Source of the DNA: Alphaproteobacteria bacterium
GTDB taxonomy: Bacteria; Pseudomonadota; Alphaproteobacteria; JABAAW01
Length of the DNA stretch: 64,000 nucleotides
Assembly (NCBI GenBank): GCA_014237925.1
Contig: JABACB010000001.1
Coordinates: forward strand, 32,374 to 96,373
Reading direction: 5' to 3'
This document shows, in pieces, positions 1 through 9,369 of the stretch. The position numbers and the translations under genes are program-made. The notes beneath the pieces were generated by a model, which saw only the letters and a list, made by a program, of their open reading frames with translations, ran no database searches and was not told where the DNA came from. Numbering within the stretch: position 1 is the stretch's first letter; the number at the start of each line of letters is the position of its first letter.

Positions 1-6
1 CGATGC

Positions 7-777
7 TTAGAACAGATCCTTGCGCTTGCGCAGCTCTTGGAACGCCTTCGCGCCCGCAGGATGAGAAATGTCGTTCGCGCGAAGAAAGGTCTCGTCGCTC
101 GCTAGCAAGAAAGGATTGGCGCAAATCTCGTCCTTCAGGCGCGTAGGCAACCCCGCCGCTTGGTTGTCAGGCGTATGCGCGCGTGCTTGCTCCAGCGCTT
201 TGACGACGCGCTCGCCCGCCTCGGAAAAACCTTTCAGCGAACGCACGAAACGCAAGTTGCCCGCCGTATAATCGTGTCCGCAACAAACCTTCGTCTCAGG
301 GGGCAGCGCGCGTAGCCGCGTCAGCGAGCGCCACATCTCCTCGGCGCTGCCGTCGAACAGCTTGCCGCATCCCAAGGCGAAGAGAACATCGCCACAAAAC
401 AACGCCTCCAGCGCAGGAAAATACAGCGACACATGATGCATCGCATGTCCGGGCGTGTCGATCACTTGCATCGACAAGCTTCCGACATCCTCTGTCTTCC
501 CCCCCTCCAGCGTTTTGTGCAAGGGCTGCACAGCTTCGCGCGGCGCCCAAATCCTTGCCCCCGTCTTTTCGCTAAGCTCTGCCGCACCCCCGACATGGTC
601 GAAGTGATAGTGCGTAATCAAAATATGCGTCAGCTTGGCTCCCCTTTGAGCCAAATGCTCTTCCAGCGGCGCACTCTCGCCGGGGTCGACCACGAAAGCC
701 TCCTTGCGGGCGTTCTCGAAAACCCACGCGAAGTTGTCCGTCAGGCAAGGAACAGGAAAAATCTGTGACGCGTCCAT
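7..777 (-). CDS. gloB: hydroxyacylglutathione hydrolase (glyoxalase II, metallo-beta-lactamase fold)
   Basis: 256-aa ORF with the THYHFDHVGG metal-binding motif and overall GloB-like architecture. Confidence 0.8.
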   Translation of the reverse strand: MDASQIFPVPCLTDNFAWVFENARKEAFVVDPGESAPLEEHLAQRGAKLTHILITHYHFDHVGGAAELSEKTGARIWAPREAVQPLHKTLEGGKTEDVGSLSMQVIDTPGHAMHHVSLYFPALEALFCGDVLFALGCGKLFDGSAEEMWRSLTRLRALPPETKVCCGHDYTAGNLRFVRSLKGFSEAGERVVKALEQARAHTPDNQAAGLPTRLKDEICANPFLLASDETFLRANDISHPAGAKAFQELRKRKDLF

Positions 778-824
778 AAGGCTCTCATAGCATGCTTGGC
801 ATCGGCAAAGTTAGGTTTTTTGCG

Positions 825-892
825 CCAAGATTTTTATGCCAAGATTTTTGTGTCAAGATTTTTGCGTCAAGATTTTTGTGCAAGATTTTTGT
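825..892. repeat. tandem repeat, 13-bp unit caagatttttg(y)g x5
   Basis: Direct reading of the gloB–udg junction. Confidence 0.9.
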
Positions 893-1530
893 GAAAGAGT
901 TTTCGCTCGCCGCACGACCCGCTCGAACATGGCAGTCGACAACAATCCGCGCGAGGTGTTGCGACGCGAACAATGGTAGGAATCGACGATCACAGCTCCG
1001 TCCAGTCGATACTCGGCGGCGTGGCGAAAGGGAAAGGCGCAGTAGGGCTTGAGCGCGAAGAAATCGAGCAGCGCGCGATGCGCCACTCCTCCGAGCGCGA
1101 GAAACACGCGCGCTTGCAGCCGCCGCAGTTCGGCATGGAAGAAAGGTCTGCAGGCTGCAATCTCTTCAGGCAGAGGCTTGTTTTCGGGAGGCACGCAGCG
1201 CAGCACATTGACGATGCGACAGCCTATAAGGGTCAGACCGTCGTCCTTCTCGCGGCGGTAGCGTCCGCGCGCGAGCTCGAGTTTTTGCAAGGTTGCATAC
1301 AACAAGTCGCCCGCCGCATCGCCGGTAAAGGGTCTGCCCGTTCTGTTCGCGCCCGAAAGCCCGGGCGCCAAACCGACGACGGCAAGCGCGGTGCGCTGCT
1401 CGCCAAAGCAGGGAACGGGCGCGTTGTGCCAGTCGGGAAAACGACGGCGGTTGGCGAGACGAAAGTCTCTCAGACGCGGGCAGAGGTTGCAGTCGCGCGA
1501 AGGCTCGCTGAGCGCCGCGACCATCGTCAA
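853..1530 (-). CDS. uracil-DNA glycosylase, family 4 (Fe-S containing)
   Basis: N-terminal CNLCPRL cysteine motif, GLAPG...GRPFTG motif and HCSRRN (HPSPLN-like) motif. The 3' end runs into a tandem-repeat array. Confidence 0.7.
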   Translation of the reverse strand: MTMVAALSEPSRDCNLCPRLRDFRLANRRRFPDWHNAPVPCFGEQRTALAVVGLAPGLSGANRTGRPFTGDAAGDLLYATLQKLELARGRYRREKDDGLTLIGCRIVNVLRCVPPENKPLPEEIAACRPFFHAELRRLQARVFLALGGVAHRALLDFFALKPYCAFPFRHAAEYRLDGAVIVDSYHCSRRNTSRGLLSTAMFERVVRRAKTLSQKSCTKILTQKS

Positions 1531-1540
1531 TAAATCTCGG

Positions 1541-1630
1541 TCAACAAGGCTCGCTCAACAAGGTTCGCTCGACAAGGTTCGCTCGACAAGGTTCGCTCGA
1601 CAAGGTTCGCTCGACAAGGCTCGGTTGCGC
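1541..1630. repeat. tandem repeat, 15-bp unit caaggttcgctcgac x6
   Basis: Direct reading between the udg start and the NYN gene end. Confidence 0.9.
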
Positions 1631-1634
1631 TCGG

Positions 1635-2294
1635 CTACGGGTAAGGATGGTGACCGCGCGCCGTGCTGCCGGGCTCGATAGGGTCGCGCGTGATGTGGGA
1701 GCGTAGATCTTCCAGGTCGTAGTACTCGTCCACCTGTCGCCGCAGGTCGTCGGAGACCATCGGCGGCGAAGTTTTCAGCGTGCTGATCAGACTGACGCGC
1801 ACTCCCTGCTGCTGGACAACCTGAACAAGGCGACGAAAGTCGCCGTCGCCCGAAAGCAAGACGATGTGGTCGACCGAAGGAGCGATCCGCATCATGTCGA
1901 TAGCGAGCTCCATGTCCATGTTTCCTTTTAGCTTGCGCCGCCCGTGCATGTCGACATACTCTTTCGTAGGCTTCGTGATCACGCTGTAGCCGTTGTAATC
2001 GAGCCAGTCTACCAACGGACGCAGCGGCGAGAACTTTTCTTCGGTGTTCTCTTCGAAGATGGCGGTGTAGTAGTAGGCGCGGATCAAACGCCCGCGCGTG
2101 CGGAAAAAGGTCAGCAGCTTGCCGTAGTCGATGTCGAAGCCCAGCGTGCGCACCGAGGCGTAGAGGTTCGCGCCGTCGATGAAAACGGCCAGACGCTCCG
2201 ACTCGACAAAATTGTTGCTGAAAGACGAAGGGGATGAAGGACTCATGAGCTGCTCCGTTAGAGATTTTTGTCTATGGATGTTCGAAGAATTCAT
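1635..2294 (-). CDS. NYN/LabA-like domain protein
   Basis: 219-aa ORF. The FIDGANLY...LLSGDGDF pattern is typical of NYN (LabA/DUF88) domains. Confidence 0.55.
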   Translation of the reverse strand: MNSSNIHRQKSLTEQLMSPSSPSSFSNNFVESERLAVFIDGANLYASVRTLGFDIDYGKLLTFFRTRGRLIRAYYYTAIFEENTEEKFSPLRPLVDWLDYNGYSVITKPTKEYVDMHGRRKLKGNMDMELAIDMMRIAPSVDHIVLLSGDGDFRRLVQVVQQQGVRVSLISTLKTSPPMVSDDLRRQVDEYYDLEDLRSHITRDPIEPGSTARGHHPYP

Positions 2295-2389
2295 GCTATC
2301 CTAGTCTAAAATTTGTCGCGTGTGTGTTTTTTGTAAAACCACTCTAGCCCACTCCGATACTCTTCTGATCCCACTCCCCTGATTCTACG

Positions 2390-3064
2390 ATGGCAAACGA
2401 CCCCGCCACGACATCTCCTGCCAAATCGACTCCGTTGGCGACTCCGTTGGCGACCTCGCTGGCGACCCCGTTGGCGACCCCACTGATGCCGAAGGCGACG
2501 GCGGTTTGGCTGATCGACAACACGGTGCTCACCTTTGCGCAGATCGCCGAGTTCTGCGCGTTGCATCCTTTGGAGGTGCAGTCGATCGCCGACGGCGAAA
2601 CCGTCGCAGGCATCGCGGGCGTCGATCCCGTGCGCAATCGCCAGATCACGCAGGAAGAGCTCGATCGCTGCCTCAAGGATCCGAGCGCGCGTCTGCAGCT
2701 CTTGGAGACCGCTCTGCCCGTTCCCCAAGAGCGCGTGCAAGGACCGCGCTACACGCCGCTGGTCAAGCGGGTTGCCAAGCCTGATGCGATCTTGTGGTGT
2801 CTGAAGAGCTATCCCGATCTTGCCGATGCGCAGATCATCAAGCTCATCGGCACGACGAAAACGATGATCAACACGATCCGTACGCGCTCGCATTGGAACA
2901 TGCGCAACTTGCAACCGCGCAACCCCGCCGATTTGGGGCTCTGCACTTACAGCGAGTTGCAGCGAGCCGTTGAGAAAGCAGAGCGCAACAAGAAACGCGA
3001 ACGCGAAGAGCGTGCGCGTCAAGAGAAAGCAGAGGCGGCGAAAAGTCTTGCCGCCGAACGATAG
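2390..3064 (+). CDS. DUF1013-family conserved alphaproteobacterial protein
   Basis: MPKATAVWLIDNTVLTFAQIAEFCALHPLEV core matches DUF1013 proteins. The N-terminus carries an in-frame PLATPLAT repeat. Confidence 0.65.
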   Translation: MANDPATTSPAKSTPLATPLATSLATPLATPLMPKATAVWLIDNTVLTFAQIAEFCALHPLEVQSIADGETVAGIAGVDPVRNRQITQEELDRCLKDPSARLQLLETALPVPQERVQGPRYTPLVKRVAKPDAILWCLKSYPDLADAQIIKLIGTTKTMINTIRTRSHWNMRNLQPRNPADLGLCTYSELQRAVEKAERNKKREREERARQEKAEAAKSLAAER

Positions 3065-3074
3065 TGCGGAGACG

Positions 3075-3833
3075 ATGGGCGGCGTTGACGTTGGTGTCGG
3101 CGTTGGTGCCTGCGTAGCGCGCCCCGCGCGACATGCTTCTTCCATCGAGGGCAGACTCAACGCCGAGACCGCTTCTGGCATTAAGGCTTGGGTTTTTGAT
3201 CTCGACAACACGCTCTATCCACACCACTGCAACCTTTTTGAGCAGATCGACCGTCGCATGGGCGGCTTCATCGCAGACAAACTGAGATTGCCGCCCGACG
3301 ATGCGCGAAGCTTGCAAAAAGGCTTGCTTCGAGATTACGCGACCACCCTGCAGGGGCTGACGAGTCGCTACGGCATCGACGCGCACGAGTTTCTTTCGTT
3401 TGTCCACGACATCGACTACGCCTGCGTTCCCGCCAATCCTCAATTGGCGGGCTTGTTGGCGGACTTGCCAGGGCGGAAGATTGTTTTTACGAATGCGACG
3501 ACCCGTCATGCCGAGCGGGTGTTGGACAGGCTCCAAGTTCCGCGCGAGTGTTTCGATCACTTCTTGGATATTGCGGCGATGGAATTTCGACCCAAGCCGC
3601 ATCGTGCTTGTTACGACGCGCTTTTGACTCATTGTCGGGTGGCAAATCCGCGTGAGGTCGTGATGTTTGACGACTTGCCGTCGAATTTGAAGACGGCGCA
3701 CGAGTTGGGAATTGCGACTGTTTTGATCGATACGCCGTCGCGGTATGGGCGTTTTGTCGGGGACGAGCGTTATATCGATGCGGTGGCGGAGAATGTCGAG
3801 AGCTTTCTTGAGGGCGCTCTAGGATTTTCCTAG
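3075..3833 (+). CDS. HAD-superfamily pyrimidine 5'-nucleotidase
   Basis: HAD motif I FDLDNTLY. C-terminal MFDDLPSNL/GIATVL motifs. Start at the in-frame ATG at 3075 inside the longer 2970 ORF. The TAG stop lies inside a ctagaattttc tandem repeat. Confidence 0.65.
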   Translation: MGGVDVGVGVGACVARPARHASSIEGRLNAETASGIKAWVFDLDNTLYPHHCNLFEQIDRRMGGFIADKLRLPPDDARSLQKGLLRDYATTLQGLTSRYGIDAHEFLSFVHDIDYACVPANPQLAGLLADLPGRKIVFTNATTRHAERVLDRLQVPRECFDHFLDIAAMEFRPKPHRACYDALLTHCRVANPREVVMFDDLPSNLKTAHELGIATVLIDTPSRYGRFVGDERYIDAVAENVESFLEGALGFS

Positions 3834-3923
3834 AATTTTCCTAGAATTTTTCTGGGGCTTTTTACGGGCGCAAAACATCGCGCGCGTAGCACGCGGGGGA
3901 AGTGGGGGGACGAGTCCCTCCCC

Positions 3924-4604
3924 CTACAGCACGCCGTAAGAGAGCAGCAGCTGCCTCGTTTCAAACAAGGGCAACCCCACCACCGCGCTATGCGACCCGT
4001 TCAACGCACGCACAAACCCCTCTCCCTCTCCTTGTATTCGATAGCCCCCTGCGCTTTCCCGCCACTCTTGCGAATCGACATACTTTTCGATCTCGCGCTC
4101 CGTCAAACGTTTGAAGGCAACCCGCGTCAGCCGCCAGCGCAGATTGCTGCGGCGGTCGTCGCAGACGACGATGCTCGTCCATACCTGATGCCGTCTGCCG
4201 CTGAGTTTTTGTAGAAACTCTTTCGCCTGCTCTCGATCGCGCGGCTTGCCGAGGATCCGTCTTGCGCAGACGACCGCCGTATCGGCAGCCAGCAGGCACA
4301 ACCCGTCGGAAAGAAGCACGCCCTCTTCGGCAAGCTGACGTTGCGCCTCGTCAGCTTTGCTGCGTGCAAGCCGTGCGACCAGCAGGCGCGGCGTCTCTTG
4401 GCGCAAAGGTCGCTCGTCGATGCAAACGGCTTGCAGCCTGTGCGGACGCACGCCCAAACGCTCGAGCAAGCAAAGACGTTGCTTCGATGCGGAAGCCAGC
4501 ACGAGCGCCGTCTTCTCGCCATGCTTGTCACATGGCGAGTTACATGGCTTGTCGCCATGCTTGTCACATGGCGAGTCTCTTTTCGAGATGCCGCCCTCCG
4601 TCAC
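3924..4604 (-). CDS. maf: Maf-like nucleoside triphosphate pyrophosphatase / septum formation protein
   Basis: LVLASASKQRL...LLERLG Maf signature. No in-frame ATG, so an inferred GTG start at 4602-4604 overlapping the UPF0262 stop (GTGA). The N-terminal extension contains a 21-bp direct duplication. Confidence 0.7.
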   Translation of the reverse strand: MTEGGISKRDSPCDKHGDKPCNSPCDKHGEKTALVLASASKQRLCLLERLGVRPHRLQAVCIDERPLRQETPRLLVARLARSKADEAQRQLAEEGVLLSDGLCLLAADTAVVCARRILGKPRDREQAKEFLQKLSGRRHQVWTSIVVCDDRRSNLRWRLTRVAFKRLTEREIEKYVDSQEWRESAGGYRIQGEGEGFVRALNGSHSAVVGLPLFETRQLLLSYGVL

Positions 4605-5164
4605 AAGCGCAGATAGAGCATGGCGATCAGCGTGAAAAGACGGCGTGCGCTTGCATGGTCGGTCTCGATCTTGCCTGTCAGCTGCTCGACCAACAATATC
4701 GCCCCCTCGTCGTGCAGTCCGCGCCGCGCGGCGTCGATCGTCTCGATCGTCGAGGGCGAATGCTTTTTGACCGCGTCGTAGTAGCTCTCGCAGATCTGAA
4801 AATAGTCGCGCACGATCTTGCGAAAAGGCGCGAGCGAAAGGAAGATGCGTCCCTGTTCCTCGCCGTGCGTGCCTGCGATCTCGAAGACAAGCCTTCGCTC
4901 TTCGACGCGCAAGCGCAAGCGAAAAGGTCCTGACCACACGGCTTTCTTCTTGTCGTCCTCGCCCTCACAACAAGGACGGAACACATTTTGCGCGATCAAA
5001 TCGTGGATCGCAATCGCACGCTCGCGCTCGACGGCAACGCTGCGCTGACCGAGCGTTTGTTCGTCCAATGCGATGTCTTCGATGCGATCTTCCGCAGAGG
5101 AAGCATCGACAGAATTGTCTGCTGGATTGTCGACAGAATTGTCTTCGGGCGTATCAGGTGTCAC
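4601..5164 (-). CDS. UPF0262 family protein
   Basis: ERERAIAIHDLIAQNVF...LSLAPFRKIVRDYFQICESYYDA...RRGLHDEGA...TARRLFTL matches the UPF0262 family. N-terminal in-frame DNSVDNPADNSVD repeat. Confidence 0.7.
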   Translation of the reverse strand: MTPDTPEDNSVDNPADNSVDASSAEDRIEDIALDEQTLGQRSVAVERERAIAIHDLIAQNVFRPCCEGEDDKKKAVWSGPFRLRLRVEERRLVFEIAGTHGEEQGRIFLSLAPFRKIVRDYFQICESYYDAVKKHSPSTIETIDAARRGLHDEGAILLVEQLTGKIETDHASARRLFTLIAMLYLRL

Positions 5165-6479
5165 GGCTCGCCTCGTCTCGTATTTCCAGCGAGCGCGCGT
5201 GCGCCTCCAGCCCTTCGGCGCGCGCCAGCACGACGGCGTGCGGTGCCAGCTCGCTCAAGGCACTGCGCGACGCCTCTACGGTCGTGGTGCGTCGCGTGAA
5301 GGTCTCGACATTCAAGCCCGATGCGAATCGCGCCGCCCCTGCGGTCGGCAAAACATGGTTTGTTCCCGCAACATAGTCTCCGAGCGCCGTCGGTGCGTAG
5401 GCACCGACGAAGACGCAGCCCGCGCACTCGATCTGTCGTGCGAGCGCGCGCGCGTCTCTTGCGATCACCTGCGCGTGTTCGGGGGCAAGCCGCTTGACGA
5501 TGGGAGGCGCGTCTTGAGCCAAGTCTTCCACCAGCAGACACAAGCCGTTCTTTTCCCAGCTTGAGGGTGCGACAGAGTTCTCAGGCAGCAGCGCGAGTTG
5601 ACGCTCGACCTCCTCACAGGTCGCCTTGATGGTTTCCTCGTCGTTGCAGATCAGCATGGCGCAAGCGTCGACATCGTGCTCGGCTTGCGCGATCAGGTCG
5701 GCGGCGAGCCATGCGGGCTCGGCGCTGCTGTCGGCGAGAATGAGAACTTCGGACGGACCTGCGAGCGTATCGATGCCGACGCGTCCGAACAGCTGGCGTT
5801 TGGCTTCATTGACCCATGCGTTGCCCGGCCCTGCGATCAAATCGACGGGAGGAATGCTTTCGCAGCCGAGCGCGAGCGCGGCGATGGCTTGCGCTCCGCC
5901 GAGGCAGTAGACCTCGTCGATGTCGAGCAGACGCAGGGCTGCGGCGAGCAGCGGCGAGAGGGTGCGGCGCGTAGAAGGGGTTGCAACCACAAGACGACGC
6001 ACGCCGGCGAGGCGGGCAGGGATGCCTGTCATCAACAGCGTGCTCGGATAGGGATGGCGACCGCCAGGGACATAGAGCGCGACCGATTCGATCGCGCTCA
6101 CTCGCGCCTCCAGCCGCATGCCCGAGGGCTCGCGCACATCGCAAGCAGAGGGATGGCAAGCAGAGGCGTGCTGGTGTTCGTGGAAAGTTCTGATCCGCGC
6201 ATGCGCCACGCTCAAGGCTCGCTCCTCCTGCGGCGAGATACGCTTCGCCGCCTCGCTGATCGCCTCCGTCTCCATCCGTAAAGGATCGGCATCGCTCAGC
6301 CCGTCCCATCGTCGGGCAAAGTCGCGCACGGCATTTTCTCCCTCGCGTTCGATGCGCGCGACAATCTCGGCGGTCTGCTCGATACAAGACGGCGCGCCAC
6401 CCCCGCGACACCTCGCCTTCGTGATCGCCTCTAACCGCGTGGAAAAATCGGCGTCGAGGGTGGAAAGAAACTCCGCCAT
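5154..6479 (-). CDS. hisD: histidinol dehydrogenase
   Basis: 441-aa, full-length HisD homology (GPGNAWV, AQAEHD motifs). Confidence 0.9.
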   Translation of the reverse strand: MAEFLSTLDADFSTRLEAITKARCRGGGAPSCIEQTAEIVARIEREGENAVRDFARRWDGLSDADPLRMETEAISEAAKRISPQEERALSVAHARIRTFHEHQHASACHPSACDVREPSGMRLEARVSAIESVALYVPGGRHPYPSTLLMTGIPARLAGVRRLVVATPSTRRTLSPLLAAALRLLDIDEVYCLGGAQAIAALALGCESIPPVDLIAGPGNAWVNEAKRQLFGRVGIDTLAGPSEVLILADSSAEPAWLAADLIAQAEHDVDACAMLICNDEETIKATCEEVERQLALLPENSVAPSSWEKNGLCLLVEDLAQDAPPIVKRLAPEHAQVIARDARALARQIECAGCVFVGAYAPTALGDYVAGTNHVLPTAGAARFASGLNVETFTRRTTTVEASRSALSELAPHAVVLARAEGLEAHARSLEIRDEASRDT

Positions 6480-6488
6480 CCCCTCGTC

Positions 6489-7241
6489 TCACATCGCGGG
6501 TTTGTCCGTGGGCAATTGTTTTGACAATTGTTCTTCTGTTTTGCTCGTTTGCGTTTTGCCCGCTTCGTCGCGTTCGTTTTCCCGCATGGCGTCCTCGAAG
6601 CGTTCGATCCACGTCTCGATTGCAGCACCGCGCAGTTTCATCGCCATGCGTCCGACGACGAGCAGGCAGCTACTGTGGCACAAGGTTTCGATCACTTCGA
6701 GCCCGTTGTCGCTGAGGGTCTTGCCGCTGTCGACCAAATCGACGATATGACTCGAAAGCCCCAGTTTGGGGGCAAGTTCGACCGATCCGTGCAGCTTGAC
6801 ACACTCGGCTTGCATGCCTTGGGTTGCAAAATAGGTTTTGGTCATGTTCGGATACTTCGTTGCAACGCGGATGTGCGCGCTTTTTTGCAACTGCTGCGCG
6901 TGTGCTTGCTCTGTAGGTGCGGCGAGGCAGAGGCGGCAAGCACCGACTTTCAAGTCCAACGGAGCGTACAGGTCTTCGCTGCCCGTCTCGATGAGGACGT
7001 CGCGTCCGACGATTCCCAAATCTGCGCCGCCCAAGGCGACCAACGTCGCAGCGTCGAAGGAGCGAACGCGCAGAATGGTCAAATCCTGCTGCTCGGTCGA
7101 AAGCAACAGCTCGCGGCGTTGTTCAAAGTCCTGCGCGTGCGGCAAGCCAAGCCGCCGCAGCAGCGGCGCGAGTGCCTTCTCGATGCGTCCGCGCGGCAGA
7201 GCCAAAAGGGGTTGTGGCAGGGGCTGGGGCAACTTCGACAA
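6489..7241 (-). CDS. hisG: ATP phosphoribosyltransferase (short form)
   Basis: LALPRGRIEKA N-terminal motif and HisG fold. Immediately upstream of hisD. Confidence 0.85.
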   Translation of the reverse strand: MSKLPQPLPQPLLALPRGRIEKALAPLLRRLGLPHAQDFEQRRELLLSTEQQDLTILRVRSFDAATLVALGGADLGIVGRDVLIETGSEDLYAPLDLKVGACRLCLAAPTEQAHAQQLQKSAHIRVATKYPNMTKTYFATQGMQAECVKLHGSVELAPKLGLSSHIVDLVDSGKTLSDNGLEVIETLCHSSCLLVVGRMAMKLRGAAIETWIERFEDAMRENERDEAGKTQTSKTEEQLSKQLPTDKPAM

Positions 7242-7265
7242 AAGGGCGAAAAAAGGCGGCGAAAG

Positions 7266-7418
7266 AGAAGGGTGGCGAAAGGGTGGCGAAAGGGTGGCGA
7301 AAGGATGGGTTGACTCTTATAAGAAATCGCGTTACACAAAGGAAGACAAGGTCGAAAAGTGAAAACGAAGAGTGGAAACGAAGAGTGGAAACGAAAAGTG
7401 AAAACGAAAAGTGAAAAC
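7266..7418. repeat. two adjacent tandem arrays upstream of hisG and rpsT: gggtggcgaaag x4 and a 14-bp gtggaaacgaagag-like unit x5
   Basis: Direct reading of the hisG–rpsT divergent intergenic region. Confidence 0.9.
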
Positions 7419-7453
7419 CTTGTTTTGGACAACGAACGAAGGTAACAAGTATC

Positions 7454-7903
7454 ATGGCGAATAGCCCGTCTGCACGCAAGCGCATCCGACAGACTCTAAA
7501 GCGCACCGCTCGCCATGGAGCGCGTCGTAGCCGAGCGCGGCGCTTCGTACGCTTCTGCGAAGAAGCCATGGCGAGCATGGCGCGCTCGACAGCTCCTTCT
7601 GCCAAAGAGTTGGCGAAGGACAAGGCGAAGGACAAGAAGACAGCCAAATCATCCTCCCCCAACAGCGACAAGGGTAGCGACAAGGGTAGCGACAAGAGCA
7701 CGGACGAGGGTTCTGCCCCCATCTCGCTGGACGAGCACTTTCGCCGCGCGACGGCGGAGCTGTATCGCGCCGCTCAAAAAGGCGCGCTCCATCGAAAGGC
7801 AGTCGCGCGCAAGGTGTCGCGCTTGTCGAAACGCTTGAAGGCTCTGACGCAAGAAGCAGGCAAAGAAAAAAACCCTTCGACCAAGGACGCGCCGCGCGCA
7901 TGA
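7454..7903 (+). CDS. rpsT: 30S ribosomal protein S20 with internal low-complexity insertion
   Basis: MANSPSARKRIRQ N-terminus and a conserved S20 C-terminal helix. A roughly 60-aa K/D/S-rich insertion (SDKGSDKGSDK) is encoded by a 12-bp repeat. Confidence 0.8.
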   Translation: MANSPSARKRIRQTLKRTARHGARRSRARRFVRFCEEAMASMARSTAPSAKELAKDKAKDKKTAKSSSPNSDKGSDKGSDKSTDEGSAPISLDEHFRRATAELYRAAQKGALHRKAVARKVSRLSKRLKALTQEAGKEKNPSTKDAPRA

Positions 7904-9015
7904 CCCTGGCAAGCTTAAGGGCGCGGAGGGGGGCGGCGAAAAGGGTTGTCGACAGAGTTTTCAGCGTGAGCGCAAGGACGGCTCGTCTTTCCGTCCTTCT
8001 GCTTGCAACCTCCCTGCTTCTCGTCTCGTGCGCGAAGGACAGGAAGCAAGTCGGCGGTGGACGCGGTGCCGTGCGCGTCAGCTCCGGCGATGTTATCCTC
8101 GATCCGCGTTTCTCGGTCTTCTTGTCCAAAGCCTACTTCGCGGTCGCCTCCAGACGCGAGGCGGTCAAGCGCGTCAAGCTGATCAAGAAAGGACGCCGCG
8201 CCGCACGCGGAGAGATCGTCGATCCTGTCGCAGTCAAGCGCGGCAGACGATGGAGAAACGAGGATACCGCATGGGTCAGACAACAACGACAAAAGCTCGA
8301 CGCTCTGCTGGCAACGGTCGCCGGCGACAACACGGCGATGTTCGCCTCGGCAGCCCTTGCGCAAGCCAACTTCGACTGCTGGTACTACGAGATGTACAAA
8401 GCCCCTCTCACCTCGCGCAACAGCGCGTGCGCCTTGGACTTGGCAGCAGCACTGGGTGCGGTGCAGGCACGAGCTGCGGGCGGACAGCAAACATTTCCGA
8501 GCAGGGAAAATCTGTCCGGTGCCATCGCGCGTCCGGGCGCACAACAGGGTTTTGCAACAGGACAACAATTCTCCCTCTTGAAACGCTATTTGGAACAGAG
8601 GGATATCGATACTCTTCTGATGTTGCTCCAGCGGGGCGACACCGACATGAGGGCGGTCGTCGAAAAACTCGTGCAGCAGGAGCTGCAACAAACCCCGGGC
8701 GGTGCGCCCTTGCCCGTGTGGCAGATCACCTTCAAGGGGCAGAAGCGCAAGCTCGCCAGGAAAGAAAAGAGGACGATCAAACGAATCGCCGAGTGGTACA
8801 AGACGCAAGAGGGGAGCGTTAATGTTCGTATCGAAGCCTCCAGCCTCGATTCTGATCGTGTCGAGGCGATCGTAGCCGCTCTTGTCGGACGCGGCGTTGC
8901 CGAAAAATCGCTGCTCTACGGCGAGAGCGTCGGCAGCGAAGGGGGAGCAGGACAAATTACACCAGGACAAGTCATTCTTCGCGCACAACGTTCCACTTCG
9001 AGCGTAGAGCCATAA
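7900..9015 (+). CDS. lipoprotein with degenerate OmpA-like C-terminal domain
   Basis: Signal peptide with LLLVSC lipobox. C-terminal NVRIEASSLDSDRVEAIVAALVGRGV...GESVG resembles the OmpA peptidoglycan-binding domain. Confidence 0.45.
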   Translation: MTLASLRARRGAAKRVVDRVFSVSARTARLSVLLLATSLLLVSCAKDRKQVGGGRGAVRVSSGDVILDPRFSVFLSKAYFAVASRREAVKRVKLIKKGRRAARGEIVDPVAVKRGRRWRNEDTAWVRQQRQKLDALLATVAGDNTAMFASAALAQANFDCWYYEMYKAPLTSRNSACALDLAAALGAVQARAAGGQQTFPSRENLSGAIARPGAQQGFATGQQFSLLKRYLEQRDIDTLLMLLQRGDTDMRAVVEKLVQQELQQTPGGAPLPVWQITFKGQKRKLARKEKRTIKRIAEWYKTQEGSVNVRIEASSLDSDRVEAIVAALVGRGVAEKSLLYGESVGSEGGAGQITPGQVILRAQRSTSSVEP

Positions 9016-9117
9016 CGAGCAGGCGCAATACAAATAAGCAGGTACATCGGCAGGCAACAATTCGCAACAATCCTTGATTTGTCTTTACGAAGCCTATGCG
9101 CAAAAGTGAGAATGGAT

Positions 9118-9340
9118 ACGGGGGAATTGCACGGGGGAATTGCACGGGGGAATTGCACGGGGGAATTGCACGGGGGATTGGGGGATTGCGTTAAGCTCTC
9201 GATGGGGAGTCTACAAGAAGATGACCATGCCACACAGCGAAGCCACCAGCGATACAAGCCAGCGATACAAGTCAGAGGCGACTAGGCAGAGGAGTCTTGA
9301 AGGAGGGCTTGAGGGGGTCTTGAGAGAGGGCTTGCCGGAA
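9118..9340. repeat. cluster of tandem repeats upstream of lpxC: cgggggaattgca x4, agcgatacaag x2 and tcttga(g/a)gg units
   Basis: Direct reading. Confidence 0.85.
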
Positions 9341-9369
9341 GGACAAAAGAGGAGGCAGCAGGAAGTGCA

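Noticed and set aside
7915-9060. 381-aa minus-strand ORF overlapping the lipoprotein gene
   Set aside because: It is antisense to an ORF with a clear signal peptide and lipobox. It is an R/G/A-rich high-GC artefact.
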